A stretch of DNA of 64,000 bases from Stegostoma tigrinum. Its lineage: Eukaryota. Shown here piece by piece: positions 50,448-63,900 of this stretch. The notes under the pieces were generated by a model. The model saw only the letters and a program-made list of their open reading frames with translations. It searched no databases and had not been told where the DNA came from. The position numbers were made by a program, and so were the translations under genes. Where the stretch lies: positions 61,841,516-61,905,515 of the forward strand of contig NC_081355.1 of NCBI RefSeq assembly GCF_030684315.1, in the 5' to 3' direction. Each line of letters starts with the position of its first letter. Position 1 is the first letter of the stretch.

Positions 50448-50829
50448 GACATACCTGAGCTAGGTGAAGAAAGGATTTTGTCTCCATTAGGACAGTGCGC
50501 TGTTACTCCCACAAATACTGACATGAACAGATCCATCTGCTACTAGTAATTTCATCAGGACAAAGGTCAAGTTCATTTTCCCTCTTAGTAATTTCCTCAC
50601 AACCTTTCTAGCAGCTATATACTTTATGATTCAATTACTTGATTTTGTCAGGCCACTACTTGACTAAGAGGTAGCCACGGGGCCCAGAATTGGGCTCTCC
50701 CAATTTTAGTGCAAGCCTTCGGAACTTAATAACATTTTCCATGGTAAATTGAGCTAGGTTTGCAATTATTGTTTCTGGTTCTGAGGTTGATGTAGGTGGT
50801 TCATCTAGTTTCATTCCTGTTAGATTTTA

Positions 50830-51127
50830 CAGTGGCTTGAATGACTTGCTAGGCCTTCTCATGGGACATTTAAAATTCAGTCACATTTTTGAGGGCCTAA
50901 CCTTGAGGGTGTCAGTTTCCCTTTTCTAAAGGAAATCAGTGAACCTATTAATTGTGATGACACTCAACAATGATTTAACAGTCACCATTACTGGGAATAA
51001 TTTTTAAAGCCAGATTAATTATTTGAATTCAAATATCATCAGTTGTCATGGTAGGGTTTGAGCTTGTGTCCCCGGACTATTAGCCTGTGACTTTGGATTA
51101 CCATCACTATTATGCCACTGCCTTCCT
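50830..51127 (-). mobile_element. Degenerate SINE, family 2
   Basis: Decayed reverse-complement match to 50086-50447. Confidence 0.6.
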
Positions 51128-51214
51128 CTGTAATTGTATGTTGTGATGGTTTCGCAAAGAGACCAGCTGGGAAAGAATGTAGTATAGAGGTTGAAGTGGA
51201 GTAGAACAAGATAT

Positions 51215-51497
51215 TGAATCCTTGCAATGCTAGAAAAGGCAATTTGATCCACTGAGTCTGCACCGACCCTCCGAACTGCATACGACCCAAAATCACCACT
51301 CCCACAACCCCACATATGGTTTTTATCATAGCCACTCCCCCTAACCTGCAGATCGTTAGACTGTGGGAGGAAACCAGAGACCCAGAGGGGACCCATGCAG
51401 ACATGGGGAGAATGTGCAAACTCCACACAGTCACCCAAGGTTGGAAACAAACCCAGTTCTGTGGTGTCGAGGGGCAGCAGTGCTAACCATTGTGCCA
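51215..51497 (-). mobile_element. HE1-type SINE
   Basis: V-domain reverse complement ggggagaatgtgcaaactccacacagtc. Confidence 0.82.
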
Positions 51498-51524
51498 GTG
51501 CAGAAGTCTGAAAACAGACCATCC

Positions 51525-51655
51525 AGAGATAATGGGAACTGCAGATGCTGGAGAATCCAAGATAATAAAGTGTGAAGCTGGATGAACACAGCAGGCCAAG
51601 CAGCATCTCAGGAGCACAAAAGCTGACATTTCGGGCCTAGACCCTTCATCAGAGA
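51525..51655 (-). mobile_element. Solo PLE family A pLTR (HHR with one CpG change)
   Basis: Near-identical to the 38788 pLTR; minus strand CUGAUGA..GAAAU-GUC. Confidence 0.88.
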
Positions 51656-52336
51656 TATAACCTTTGCTGAGCTCTTGTGATGAAGTGTTCGTGGCACTGA
51701 GTCAGACAGCCTGATTCAAGTCCCACCTAACCCAGTGCCATAATGTAACTGAACAGCTGATTTTAGGACATTAGCAGTGATAGTGTCCCTATCTCTAAGC
51801 CAGGTGGCCTGGATTAACTCTCACCTCTTCTGGAGGTGTACAATAACATCTCTGAACAGGTTGCTTAATAAGATCTACAACTGTTTGTCAGTATTTCCTT
51901 GAACTTTAATATATTAATGTTTCACTGTCTGATATTCAGTAGCCTAATTTACTCCACAGCTGTTTCCTTATATTAGTTATAGATTAACTCCCAGCCAGAG
52001 GTATTTTACCTTGATGGCTCAGATGGCATGTTGTGAGTCTCTCTTCAGAACTAAGGCTTGACAACACCTTGGCTTCTTCCAATGCACTTTTATACCACTG
52101 TCTGGTTTTCTTTAAATTTTCCACCTGTCAACATAAAGGATTCATTAGAATACTGTCAACTTCATTTTGAAATATTTTAGCAACACAGAAGTGCTGGATT
52201 GTTCAATTACAAAGAAATATGAGTATAAGAGAGGCTCCAGAAAACAATGAAATGACTGATTCCAAGTGGAAACAAGGGAAACAAGATAAGCTCTGAGGAA
52301 GGATTGGAGAACCTCAGTTTTGAAAGGTAACAGGTA

Positions 52337-55300
52337 CATAAGAACGTAAGAACTCAGAGCAGGAGTAGGCCATCTGGCCCCTTGAGCCTGCCCCGCCATT
52401 CATTAAGATCATGGCTGATCTTTTTGAGACTCAGCTCCAGTTATCCGCCCACTCACCATAACCATTAATTCCTTTACTGTTCAAAATTTATCTAGCCTTG
52501 CCTTAAAAACATTCAGCGAGGTAGCTTCAACCGCTTCACTAGGCAGGAAATTCCACAGATTCACAACCCTTTGGGTGAAGATGTTCCTCCTGACTTCAGT
52601 CCTACATCTGCTTCCCTTTATTTTGAGGGTGTGCACCCGAGTCCTAGTTTCACCTGCTAGTGGAAACAATCTCCCTGCCTCCACCTTATCTATTCCCTTC
52701 ATTATCTTATATGTTTCCATAAGATCTCCCTTCATTCTTCTGAATTACAATGAGTGCAATCCCAGCCTACTCAGTCTCGCCTCATAATGCAACCCTCTCA
52801 ACTCTTGAATCAACTGAGTGAATCTCCTCTGTACCACCTCCAGTGCTGTGTATCTCTTCTCAAGTAAGGAGACCAAAACTGCACACAGTACTCCAAGTGT
52901 GGCCTCACTAGGACCCAATACAACTGTGGCATAGTCTCTCCATTTTTAAATTCCATCCCTCTAGCAATCGTAGACAAAATTCCATTTGCCTTTTTAATTA
53001 CCTGCTGCACCTGCAATCCTACTTTTAGTGATTCATGTACAAGGACACCCAAGTCCCTCTGCACAGCAGCGTGCTGCAAATTTTTATCATTTAAAACATC
53101 GTTTGTTTAGCTGTTATTCCTACCAAAATGATGACCTCACACCTATCAACATTGTACTCCATCTGCCAGATCTTTGCCCACTCACTTAGACTATCTATAT
53201 TCCTCTGCAGACTTTCAGTGTCTTCTGCACACTTTGCTCTACTACTCATCTTAGGGTCATCTGCAAATTTTGACATACCACACTTAGTCCCCAACTCCAA
53301 ATCATCTATGTAAATTGTAAACAATTGCAGTTCCAATACTGACCCCTGAGGCACACCACTAGCCACTGACGGCCAACCAGAAAAGCACCCATCTACCCCT
53401 GCTCTTTGTTTTCTACTGGTCAACCAATTCTCTATCCATGCCAATACATGACCTGTAATACCGTGCAACATTATTTTATGTAGCAGCCTTTGGTGTGGCA
53501 CCTTGTCAAACGCCTTCTGGAAATCCAGGTACACCACATCCACAGGTTCCCCATTGTCCACTATGGAAGTATTGTCCTTAAAGATTTCCAACGGATTAGT
53601 TAAAGATGACCTACCCTTCATGAATCCATGCTGGGTATTTCCAATGGGACAATTTATATCCAAACGTCTTTCTAAATCTTCCTTAATGATAGATTCAAGC
53701 AATTTTCCCACTACCAAAGTTAAGCTAACTGGCCTAAAGCTACCTCCTTTTTGTCTACTTCCCTTTTTAAACAGTGGCGTCACATTGGCTGTTTTCCAAT
53801 CTGCAGGAACCACTCTGGAGTCCAGTGAATTTTGGTAAATAATTACTAGTGCATTTGCTATTTCCCCCATCACCTCTTTTAGTACCCTGGGATGCATTTC
53901 ATCAGGGCCAGGAGACTTGCCGACCTTTAGCCCCATTGGCTTGCCCTGAACTGCCTCCATCATGATAATGATAGTTTCTAGGTCCTCACTTGCTTTAACC
54001 TTCTTGCTATCAGTTTTCAGCACGTTATTTGTGTCTTCCGCTGTGAAGGTCGACACAAAATAACTGTTTAACACCTCGGCTATTTCCTCATTCCCAGTTA
54101 TTAAATTGGCAGTCTCATCCTCTAAAGGACCAATGTTTACCTTCATCACTCTTTTACCATTTACATATTGAAAGAAACTTTTGCTGCCTGCTTTTATATT
54201 CTGGGCAAGTTTACTCTCACAATCTATCTTACTTTACTTTGTAACTTTTTTTGTGGCTTTCTGTTGGCCTTTAAAGATTTCCCAGTCTCCTAGTTTCCCA
54301 CTACTGTTTGGTTTTTTGTGTGTGTTTTTTTTTCAATCTGATGCTTCCCTTTATTTCCTTAGACATTCATGGCTCTCTCTTTTCCTACAGTTCTTACTTA
54401 TCACTGGAATATACTTCTGCTGAGCACTGTGAAAAATCAGTTTGGAAGTCCTCCACTGTTCCTTATTTGTCCCACCATTAAGTTTTTGCTCCCATTCTGC
54501 CTTAGCTAACTCCTCCCTCATCCCAACATAGTCTCCTTTGTTTAAGCACGGGACATTGGTACTGGATTTAACCTTCTCACGCTCCATTTGTATTTTAAAT
54601 TCGACCATATTGTGATCGCTCCTTCTGAGAAGATCCCTAACTGTGAGATCATTAATTATTCCTGTCTAATTACACAGGACTAGATCCAGGATAGCTTGCT
54701 CCCTTGTGGCTTCCATTGCATATTGTTCAAGGAAATGATCACAGATGCATTCAATGAACCCCTCCTCAAGGCTTCCATGACCGAGCTGGTTTGACCAATC
54801 AATATGTAGATTAAAATCCCCCATGATAATTGCTGTACCATTTTTACCTGCATTATTATTTCTATGTTTATTGCCCGCCCCACCACAATGTCATTATTTG
54901 GCTGAGAAACCACAACTATCAGTGACTTCTTCTCCCTGCTGTTCCTAATTTCCATCCAAATGGTTTCAACCTTTTGTTCAGTAGAACCTATATCATCTCT
55001 CATTACTGCCCTGATATCATCCTTAAAAATCAGAGCGACACCACCTCCCTTACCTTCTTGTCTGTCCTTCCAAACAGTGTGCTACCCCTGGATACTTAAT
55101 TCCTCTGAGCATTCAGATGAAGTGCCCTAATGCCAGTTTTTGCACCTTCTTTTTGAGTCCTATCACCTCCATTACTAACAGTTCTTGAGTTCTCCTTCCC
55201 TTTTTTTCCTAATTTTCAATGGAGCTGAAGCTTCCTCGTCACCTGCTAACCTGCTGCTTTACCTTCCATTTATTGTTATACTCCCTGTACACTCCCTCCT

Positions 55301-56275
55301 CCCTTCCCCCCTACTTACTAGTTTAAAGTCCTATTGACCAGCCTATTTACCCTTTTGCCAGAACACTGGACCCAGCCCTGTTCAGGTGGAGTCCATCCCA
55401 GCGGTATAGCTCTCTCCGGTCCCAGAACTGGTGCCAGTGCTCCATGAAAAGGAAACCCTCTTTCCCACACCACTCTTATAGCCACGTGCTTACTTCCTTC
55501 CTCCTCACCTCCCTATGCCAATTTGCATGTGGCTCAGGCAGCAATCCAGAGATTATGATGCCTGAAAACCTGTTTTTTACTTTTGTTCCTAGCTTTTCAT
55601 TATCCCGAAACATGTCTTTTTTCCTCATCCTGCCTATGTTGTTGGTACCTACGTGGATCACAACAACTTGATCCTTCCCCTCCCTCCCTAGTATCCGCTC
55701 AAGCCGGTCAGAGATGTCTCGCACCCTGGCACCAGACAGGCAACACACCATGCGGGACTCTCTATCCTGCTTACAAACGATACTGTCTATCCCCCTGATG
55801 ATGGAATCCCTACAACTACAATCTGTCCTTTAGCTCCCCCCTCTTGAATGGCTTCCTGAACCATGGTTCCATGGTCAGTTGACTCATCCTTCCTGCAGCC
55901 CTGTTCCTCATCCACGCAGAGAGTAGGTGCCTCATACCTGTGGGGCAATGTCAAGGGCTGCAGCTCCTGAGTTCCTGTCTGCAGGGTTCCTCTACCTGCC
56001 TCATTCACAGTCACACACTACTGTTCCTGGTCACTGATTGAATTAACATTAGTTAATCTACTGGGTGTGACTGCCTCCTGGAACACAGCATCCAGGTATC
56101 TCTCCCCATCCCGGATGTGTCACAGTGTTTGCAGTTTGGATTCTAGCTCATCAGTTTTGAGCCAGAGCTCCTCAAACAGCTAACACATGCTGCAGATGTG
56201 GTCACTGCTGTTCTTAATGGGATCAGCTAGCTCCCACACCATACAGTTAAAACACATCACCTGACCTGTCATCTC
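52337..56275 (-). mobile_element. Near full-length CR1 LINE (esterase-type ORF1 and EN/RT ORF2, disrupted)
   Basis: ORF 55476..55751 VCCLSGARVRD..VVIHVGTNNIG (SGNH/GDSL esterase); ORF 53091..54149 RT (KSPGPDEMHPRVLKE..FRPVSLT..GVPQGSVL..KFADD); (gttcttat)n tail. Confidence 0.95.
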
Positions 56276-57732
56276 TATTTAATTAATTATTTAAAATTAA
56301 TTAGGTTTTTTTTAGTTTTGCAGAGTTGTCTCTTTAAGTGTTCTCTGTACCAGTAAGTTTACTTTGTTATATACAGAGACAAGTGAAATGGGATTACTGA
56401 AGTATAGAAAATAGAAATAAATTCAGAATAGATTTTTAAAACCAAGAGAATTAGACCAAAAGGCACATTTTCATTAAAAGTGAATTAAGGCAAAACCTAG
56501 CAAGAACATTTTTGCACTTTGAATAATTTTGCCAGGTTGTAGGATCCAAAGCATAAGATTATACAAAATACAAATGGATGCTTTAATAGGAAGGACAACA
56601 TTCAAGAGGAATAGTCTTGAGGCAAATAGATTTGCCGAATTTTTTATTTGTCTTACGTTCTTACTTTTCTGCTTGAATGACAGAATCTAATTTAACATTT
56701 AAGACCAGGCAATCCAAGGAACGATCCACCAGTGATCTCTATGTTGAGATCAAATGCTTCATCTCTATGTTGAGGCATTTGCAGTCATCATCAGCATTTG
56801 AGATGATCAGCCTCCTGGGAAGTTCTTCTCCATGCACCTCTGTCAATGACCATCTTCTGCCATTTTTTGACCATTTTTCCCTCAAGTTCTTCTACCACTG
56901 TTAAAATATTCTGGATCCAAAATGGGCTTCATTTTAGCCCTAATTACTAATTAGTAGGAATTTTAAACTGCTCATTCCCTAGTCATCTCTGTTTTATACT
57001 TCTCTCAGTGAATTCCTTGATTATTTCTCAAATTTGATTTTTAAATTCTTGGGCTTCTCTGGACATCATTATATTTTAGAAATGGATGACACTATATGAC
57101 CTTGTTAATACTCAGGGTGAAATGTCACAGGGGTCTGAGTGACATCAGTAATGGTGAGATGTGTGGCAGAATTGGACAAGAGGTGTTTTCATAAATAGTA
57201 TGGTGAGATTTTTACTAGGCAGTGATGAAAGGCCAAATGACAGGGATTAATACTTGCTAAACGTCTTATTGTGAGTCACAACTCACCTTATTAATATTCA
57301 ACCTCCCATTTTAGCAATTGCACTGAACAAGCTCAGGAAAATTCAATAACAAAACCAGAAAGGCTACCTGATTTGTTCTACTCACTACTCACTCCAAATG
57401 ACCTCCATGTTGCCTGCAACCAAATCACAGAGCAGGGCATAATCAAAAGGCACCACATGCACCCTCCTCCATCACAGTTGCACTGCAAAGCAAACCAGCA
57501 ACAGGCATTGGATGGCTGAAATGAGGGCATTTTGCACACATGGACAGGCACCCAACTTGCACACCAGACTACAGTGCATCTCAGCGATGTTTGCTTGCTC
57601 ACTAAGTATTCACTCAGAGTCTACCTTCGTGCTCACAGCATCCCTGCCTTGCCTTGCTGTGTCAAGAAGTGCAGTAACAAAAACAGGCAGCTTGGATTGC
57701 TACTAAGCAGGCATCAGCACAGGAAGTTCACA

Positions 57733-58051
57733 TTTTTTTTGGATTAGATTCCCTACAGTGTGGAAACAGGCCCTTCGGCCCAACAAGTCCACACCGCCCC
57801 TTGAAGCATCCCACCCAGACCCATCCCCCTATAACCCACACACCCGTGAACACTATGGGCAATTTAGAATGGCCAATCCACCTAACCTGCACATCTGTGG
57901 ACTGTGGGAGGAAACCGGAGCACCCGGAGGAAACCCACGCAGGCATGGGGAGAATGTGTAAACTCCACACAGTCACCCGAGGCTGGAATTGAACCCGGGT
58001 CCCTGGCGCTGTGAGGCTGCAGTGCTAACCACTGAGCCACCGTGCCGCCCC
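57733..58051 (-). mobile_element. HE1-type SINE, young full-length copy
   Basis: Closely similar reverse complement of 7035-7348, including A and B boxes. Confidence 0.93.
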
Positions 58052-59354
58052 TTATGGAAGTGCAATGCATCAAGCTGGTAGCACCATATCAAAGTCTTAG
58101 AGGAGTAGTACTCCCTGAAAACCACGGAAGGACAGGTCAGTCAGAAAGGCCCGGCGTAATAAGTCAATGGCAGCCCCTCTCATTTCATCCAGGGAATTCA
58201 TCATATTTCGGCATCTACTCAGGGCTAAATTGTTTAGGGGTAATTTCTACAGTTCAGGTAGTAGGTCACGGGGTCAGTCTATTAGCTCCATAGCTGCAAA
58301 TCTGGGAAAGAGGGGAGGGTAAGTTAAGACTAATGCAGTCAGGGACATATATAGGGACCAATCAGGGGTGCTGGCAGAACCTGCCCTACTTTGATTGTAC
58401 AGTTAAGTTGGTTGAGGGGATGAGCCATGGTCAGTCATCATTGGGTATGTCCATAGAAACTAAAGGGACAGAGTGGAGACAAGTGTGGTCACAGCCAAAG
58501 TCTGAGCTTTAGGAAGTTAGTCTTCAGGATTGGGGGCTGCAAGCTCTGGACAAGGGTGCAGTACAAAGCCTGAACAGGGCCAACAGGATTTGCAAGGGTA
58601 GGAGAATTGGTGACGTATGGCTGGGGAAATGTAATGCAGGTGTAGGAGAGGAGAGGATGGGTGTGTACAGTCAGGAGCTCCCTGACTTGATGGGTGGAGT
58701 GAATGGCCTCCCCTGCATGGTCACCTCATATGCCAGGGGCTGAGAGGAAAAGTTGGGCAGGTATAAGAGCATGCGGAAGGGTTGGGTGTAGATATGAGGA
58801 AATGTGAAGCCTGTTACAAGAAAGTGGATGTGTATGTTTGGGGGTTCACCATTATGTTCAGGCTGAAGTTGGAAGACACTAATATAGGAGCACTCACTGC
58901 TGATTCAATTGTACTGGAAATTTAAATAATGGGGAAGAAAATGGCTGTGAGCACATTTGGAGTAGATGGGGTAAGTAACTTAGCCTGTGTGGATCGAACT
59001 CCAGGCAACACCAATCATAGGGCTTTTAAACGAAAAGTACAAAGATCATGAAATTTACAGTACACGGTAAGCAGGCTACCTACTTCCTGGCCAACAGTTT
59101 TGATCTTCTCTACACTGCACCTCCCTGGTTTGGCTATTGTTCATCAACTCTTTGGCAGCTACACCTTTGTGCAGAGGGAGCCAAACATTAGGGTTGCTTA
59201 ATGAGGAGGAACAAAGGTGTCACTATGACCCAATGCAATGAGTACATATTGCTCTCCCTCCTTCCAGATGGTGCAGTAGGTCTTATATAGCTGTGAAGTA
59301 CTGCTGCATGGTGTGAAAATGCATTTGGCACCTACACAGAGAGAATCGCATAGA

Positions 59355-59606
59355 GGATGGCACAGTGACTCAGTGCTATTCCACCCTCAGGCGACTGGCT
59401 GTGTGGAGACTGCATGTCCTTCCCATGATTGCATGGGTTTCTTCTGGGTGTTCTGGTTTCATCTGACAGTCCAAAGATGTGCAGATTAGATGGATTGGCC
59501 ACGGGAGATGCAGAGTTACAGCAATAGGGTGGGTCTGGATAGGATGCTCTTTGGAGGGGTGGTGTGGGCTCAAAGGGCCTGCTTCTACACTCTCGGGACT
59601 CTATAT
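59355..59606 (+). mobile_element. HE1-type SINE with deletion in the tRNA head
   Basis: tggcacagtgactcagtg..gacagtccaaagatgtgcag..aaagggcctgcttc. Confidence 0.75.
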
Positions 59607-61124
59607 GAAAGTTAACATCAGGAACAGGGAATGACATTCCAGTCTTTTTCACTCACGCCACCAAAGTATCCTCCACAGATTTTCTTCTTTCTCTCCCTCT
59701 TGCTATTATTTATTGTGCTACCTGGTTCTACAGCTGAGATAGACACAGCATGCTCAGCAGCTGAGTGTAGAAGGTTTGGTGGGGCAATTCCCAGAACACT
59801 TGAGTCTAAATAGGGCAGAAATGCCCAGGGTCTTTTTGCCACAGGAAAGTTGACTGTTCTTGATTTCAACTTCAAAGGGTCAGAAAGGAGGTCAAACAGG
59901 GTTGAGTTGGAAAGCTTGGCCACCTCTGAAGTATCCTATTTGGACAGTGCAGAGAGGCCTGTGGTTTCATCTCCAGCTAGGTACCTCCTGGCACCACCCT
60001 ATCTCCTTGTGAGGAAGGAGCATCTGGTTTGGTGTCAACGTTCCCTGTTACCATGCTTTTGGTCCTGGGGAGCAATGACTGGGGAAATGGAGTATCGGTT
60101 TGTGTATCTGTCCAGTAGCTCTGAGGGTACTGGACCTGGCATCTACCACCATGGCAGCTACCACCATGCCCAAGGAGACAGCTAAATGGATGCAAGATTC
60201 ACTGCATTTTGCAGCTTTTGGACACTGCGCCACTGCACCCATACGCTATTGGTGCTATGCCCTGAGATTTGACTGCAAATAATGTAAGATCATCTCCTGC
60301 TTATATCTAAGCAGGCACCTGGTCATGGCAGTCTTCTGAATGCCAGCTGTCTGGCTGTTTCTTCCTTGAACAGCTGAGAAACTTTCAATGTGAGATTCTC
60401 ATAAGATTGTGTATTCACTCTCTATGTATACCATTCCCTCCAAAGTAAATATCTGAGCTGATATGGGATACAGGAGGCAGCCTTGCTTCTGCTTCCTCTG
60501 AGGCCTCAGTACCCTCATGCTCAAGAGTTCGAAGAGGGCACTTCTGGGGAACCTGGTGTTTATCCAGTGAGATCATGAGGAGGTTAGAGAACCTTCAAGA
60601 CAAAAGAAACAGAACTTGACACAGCCAGTGATTAGCAGTGGTGTACAATCGTTAAGAGTGACAATGGGGTTAATGTAAGAGTTTGTGGTACTCATTTGGT
60701 GGGACACAGGTTTTTCAGCATCTCTACAGGAGTGGGCCTGACGCTGTTCTGTGAAGACTACAATTCTGACCTCTTATGAGTTGACAACTAAGATATCAGA
60801 CACCCTTACGTCTCCATCTCCTTTGTTATGGATCGTCTTCTCCCGTGATGAGATCAAGGGGGCAAGATGAGTGCAATTACTGTCGGTGGCATAGCTGTTA
60901 GTGCTGTTGCATGAGAGGTGAAGTGGTGACGTGTTCTGAGGGAGTGAGGAGACAAGCAGAGAAGTTAGTGGTATGGGCAGTTAGGATGCAGAGAGCAAGT
61001 GAGAGAAAGCATTACATGCAAGACTGAGAGTGAAAGAGCCTGAGCCTTGTTAGGAGATGGGTGCAGTAGCACAGCTGGAATAAGTATTAAATGACAGAGA
61101 GAAAGGATGTCTCATGTATCCTGG

Positions 61125-61320
61125 TGGTGCAGAGAAGATCACGGACCTTCTTTCTGCATTCCTGACTGTTCCTCTGCACCCTGGAGACAGCACTGATTCA
61201 CTGTGGTGACCTCAAAACAGCCTGGCAAGTTTGGCAATGTGACCTTTAGTGCCAGTCGTCCAGGAATACAAATGCTCCTCTGGACAACTCCATCCACAAG
61301 AACCTCCAACTGGTGAATCG
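61125..61320 (-). pseudogene. Harbinger Myb/SANT-like (second ORF) fossil
   Basis: LEVLVDGVVQR then, after a frameshift, ISAVSRVQRNSQECRKKVRDLL, matching the trihelix pattern VNA....R...ECRKK..DL. Confidence 0.6.
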
Positions 61321-61979
61321 CCATGCCATCTTCTATCACGCATTAAGACAAGCCAAGTCACAATCAAGAAGTGCACTAAGTGAGCACAAAATGATGAATA
61401 GTTCATTTTTGCTGCATTCGTGGGTGTGCTTTTGGAGAAGAAATTATAGGTTTTGGTTGGGGATTTTTACTTCAGGATTTGGCCAAATGGATAGTGTGAT
61501 TGGAACACTCCATATGGTGAATGGGGAGGTGGAAAACTCATGGTAGTCATGGGATAGTCTCCTAAGGGCTAAGTCATCTCAGACACCTGTATAATATAAA
61601 AGGATCCCAGCTGTCTGCTCCCTGTCTACTCTTCTTCGTTTCTCGTGATGGCCATGGCTGTGTTCTCACAATGTCAAGGTCGTAACAATCCCAGCAGATC
61701 ATCATGAATTTGGGAAACACATTCCACCTGATTCATCTTGGCAGCAAAACCATGGCTTAAGAGCAGCAATATTCTACATGCAATGTTTCTGGTGGCTGTG
61801 TGGCTTTCATTTTAAGGCACTATCCTTGCATGTTTGGATGGTAGAATAGATTCATTGGACGAGTGAAGTGGGTATGGTTCTTTTCTCTTTTTGGAGATTC
61901 ACAGACAGCTAAAAACACCAGACTGCCTCAAAATGTCATCATGGATATTAAATCAAATGTAGTCATTTTCTGGCAAAAT

Positions 61980-62420
61980 ACAACATGCATGGTCACATCC
62001 AATTGCACACTGATGGAATAGCAGGTCTTGCTATTCCCATATCACTGTGTGATGGCATGAAGGTTCATTCATTAAGTTAATTTTTCTTTGCAAGGGTGGG
62101 AATTTCATTATCCCTACAAATGCGTGCTCATTATCATTTTCTCTGCTTACAGAAAACACACCATATTGAAATTGCTCCTCTTCACATACTGAGACCAAAC
62201 CAACCCCTGGATACAGTGTGAGAATGACATACTTGGCCAGTTTCACCATGTCAGCCACTCCTCCTTGAAATGATCAATCTTGTTGAGATGAATATGGCCT
62301 TAACAGTCATTCGCAGTGTTCTCCTTGTCCTGAATGATGCTGCAAGTCCTCCTGCAGAAAGCACAGTGCTGTTCCCACATTCTTGTCTAATCTAAACTGC
62401 CTCAAGCATTGTTCCTGAAT
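61980..62420 (-). pseudogene. Harbinger transposase N-terminal fossil
   Basis: 62414 downward reads EQCLRQFRLDKNVGTALCFLQEDLQ; QCAIGCDH near 62000 resembles QGAIDCTH. Confidence 0.6.
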
Positions 62421-62904
62421 GAAATAGAGGTGAGAGGAGTACTCACAGAAAACTCATGGCACAGGATCTTCTAGGGAGAGTGTTCCTCTGCTTCAGTCTT
62501 GAAGAACCAATCCTCCCTACCTTCTGCTCAATTGGCAGTCAGGAAGCAGACCCAGGTGCTTGCATATGCAGCCCCATATCTCTTGCTGACTTGATGTGTA
62601 TAGGTAGCCAAATCCTCTGGCATCCCTGAATGGATACACCAAATCATCAAAAGAAGCCATGTATTTCCAAAAGTTTACTCAACAGAAGCCAAAATCACCT
62701 CACCTTCATGTTCCCTGTCTGCCTCCTTAAACAGCACCAATGTTGGGACTGGACCCTGACATTCTTGATTAATAAGGAAATCATAGGTTAAGGGGAGAAA
62801 ACAGGAAAATGGGGTTGTGAAACATATCATACAAGATTTAACGGTGGAACAGACTTAATGGGCTGAATGGCATAATTCTTGTTTTTTTTCTACTTAACAA
62901 ATTT

Positions 62905-63150
62905 TTCTAAATAAGCTGTTCAGAGATCTGGAACTTAAACTCAGGCCTCTAGTCCAGGAGTAGTAACACTACGGCTGCACCACAAGAAGATACCAATTCT
63001 CCTCTTTTTTCCCCTAATGAACCTGTTTAGAGATGTTATTACACATGTGAGGAGCAGGGGGGATTTGAACCCATGTCCCCCATTGCAGGGGTAGGGACAA
63101 TACCACTGCACCACAAGAGGTCCTCATCTGTAACCACTTCTGCACCACAA
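62905..63150 (-). repeat. Internally repeated tRNA-like small repeat; opposite-strand relative at ~51680-51865
   Basis: ctgcaccacaaga occurs three times; B-box-like ggatttgaaccc; ctgtt[c/t]agagat blocks shared with ataacatctctgaacagg at 51843. Confidence 0.45.
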
Positions 63151-63714
63151 GACAGCACCCCTCCAACTTATTTTGCTTGAAGATCCAATACTGCCCTTTA
63201 ATTTTTTTCCCAGATCACCTGTGATTTTATATGTATTTTTAAAAATATATATTTATACATAGTGAGACAAAAATATTTCGAATATATTTTATAATTTTTT
63301 TTCCACCACCAGGAAAACACCCATGTGGACAACTATATATTAATAAACACAAGCTGTTAAGGACAATGGTGGCCTGGTACCTTTATGCCCCTGAACAAAT
63401 GTGGTGGATCCGCTGATAGTGATCAGCAAATGTGTAAAATTGAGCTACTTGGTCCAAGTTTCCATAATGTACATCAAAACAACTGGAATCATAGCCATTT
63501 TATGATGTTAGAGTTTACATAATAATGCTCAATTTTGCACTAATTATCCTATTGAGGTCACAAGGGGATTCACTGCTACTACTCATGTCCCTTCCAATTC
63601 CAGATTACACCATCACATGTTTAGGTGTTTGGCAACACAAGCACATAATAAAATGCCTGACTGTTGTTATCTGAATGTTGATATCTGAGGTAAATCTGAA
63701 ATTGTAACATCTAC

Positions 63715-63900
63715 ATTCTCCCTCGATTCCACTCTCCCTCATTCCCACTCTTTATCTTGTTATTGTGCTCTCCTGTTCTCGTGTGGTGTGCTCACTCTCC
63801 CTCCCTTGTGCTTTCTCTGTCAGTCTCACTTTCTCTTGAACTCTTGTAATCACTCTTTTTCTTTTTTTTTGTTCTTTATTGTCCTCTTATCCTTTTCTCA
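63715..63900. repeat. Pyrimidine-rich low-complexity tract
   Basis: Dominated by C/T with ctct and T runs. Confidence 0.6.

Noticed and set aside
14786-51655. CRISPR-like or satellite array from the recurring 130-bp unit
   Set aside because: Copies are dispersed, inverted and TSD-flanked PLE pLTRs, with no repeat-spacer period and no cas genes.
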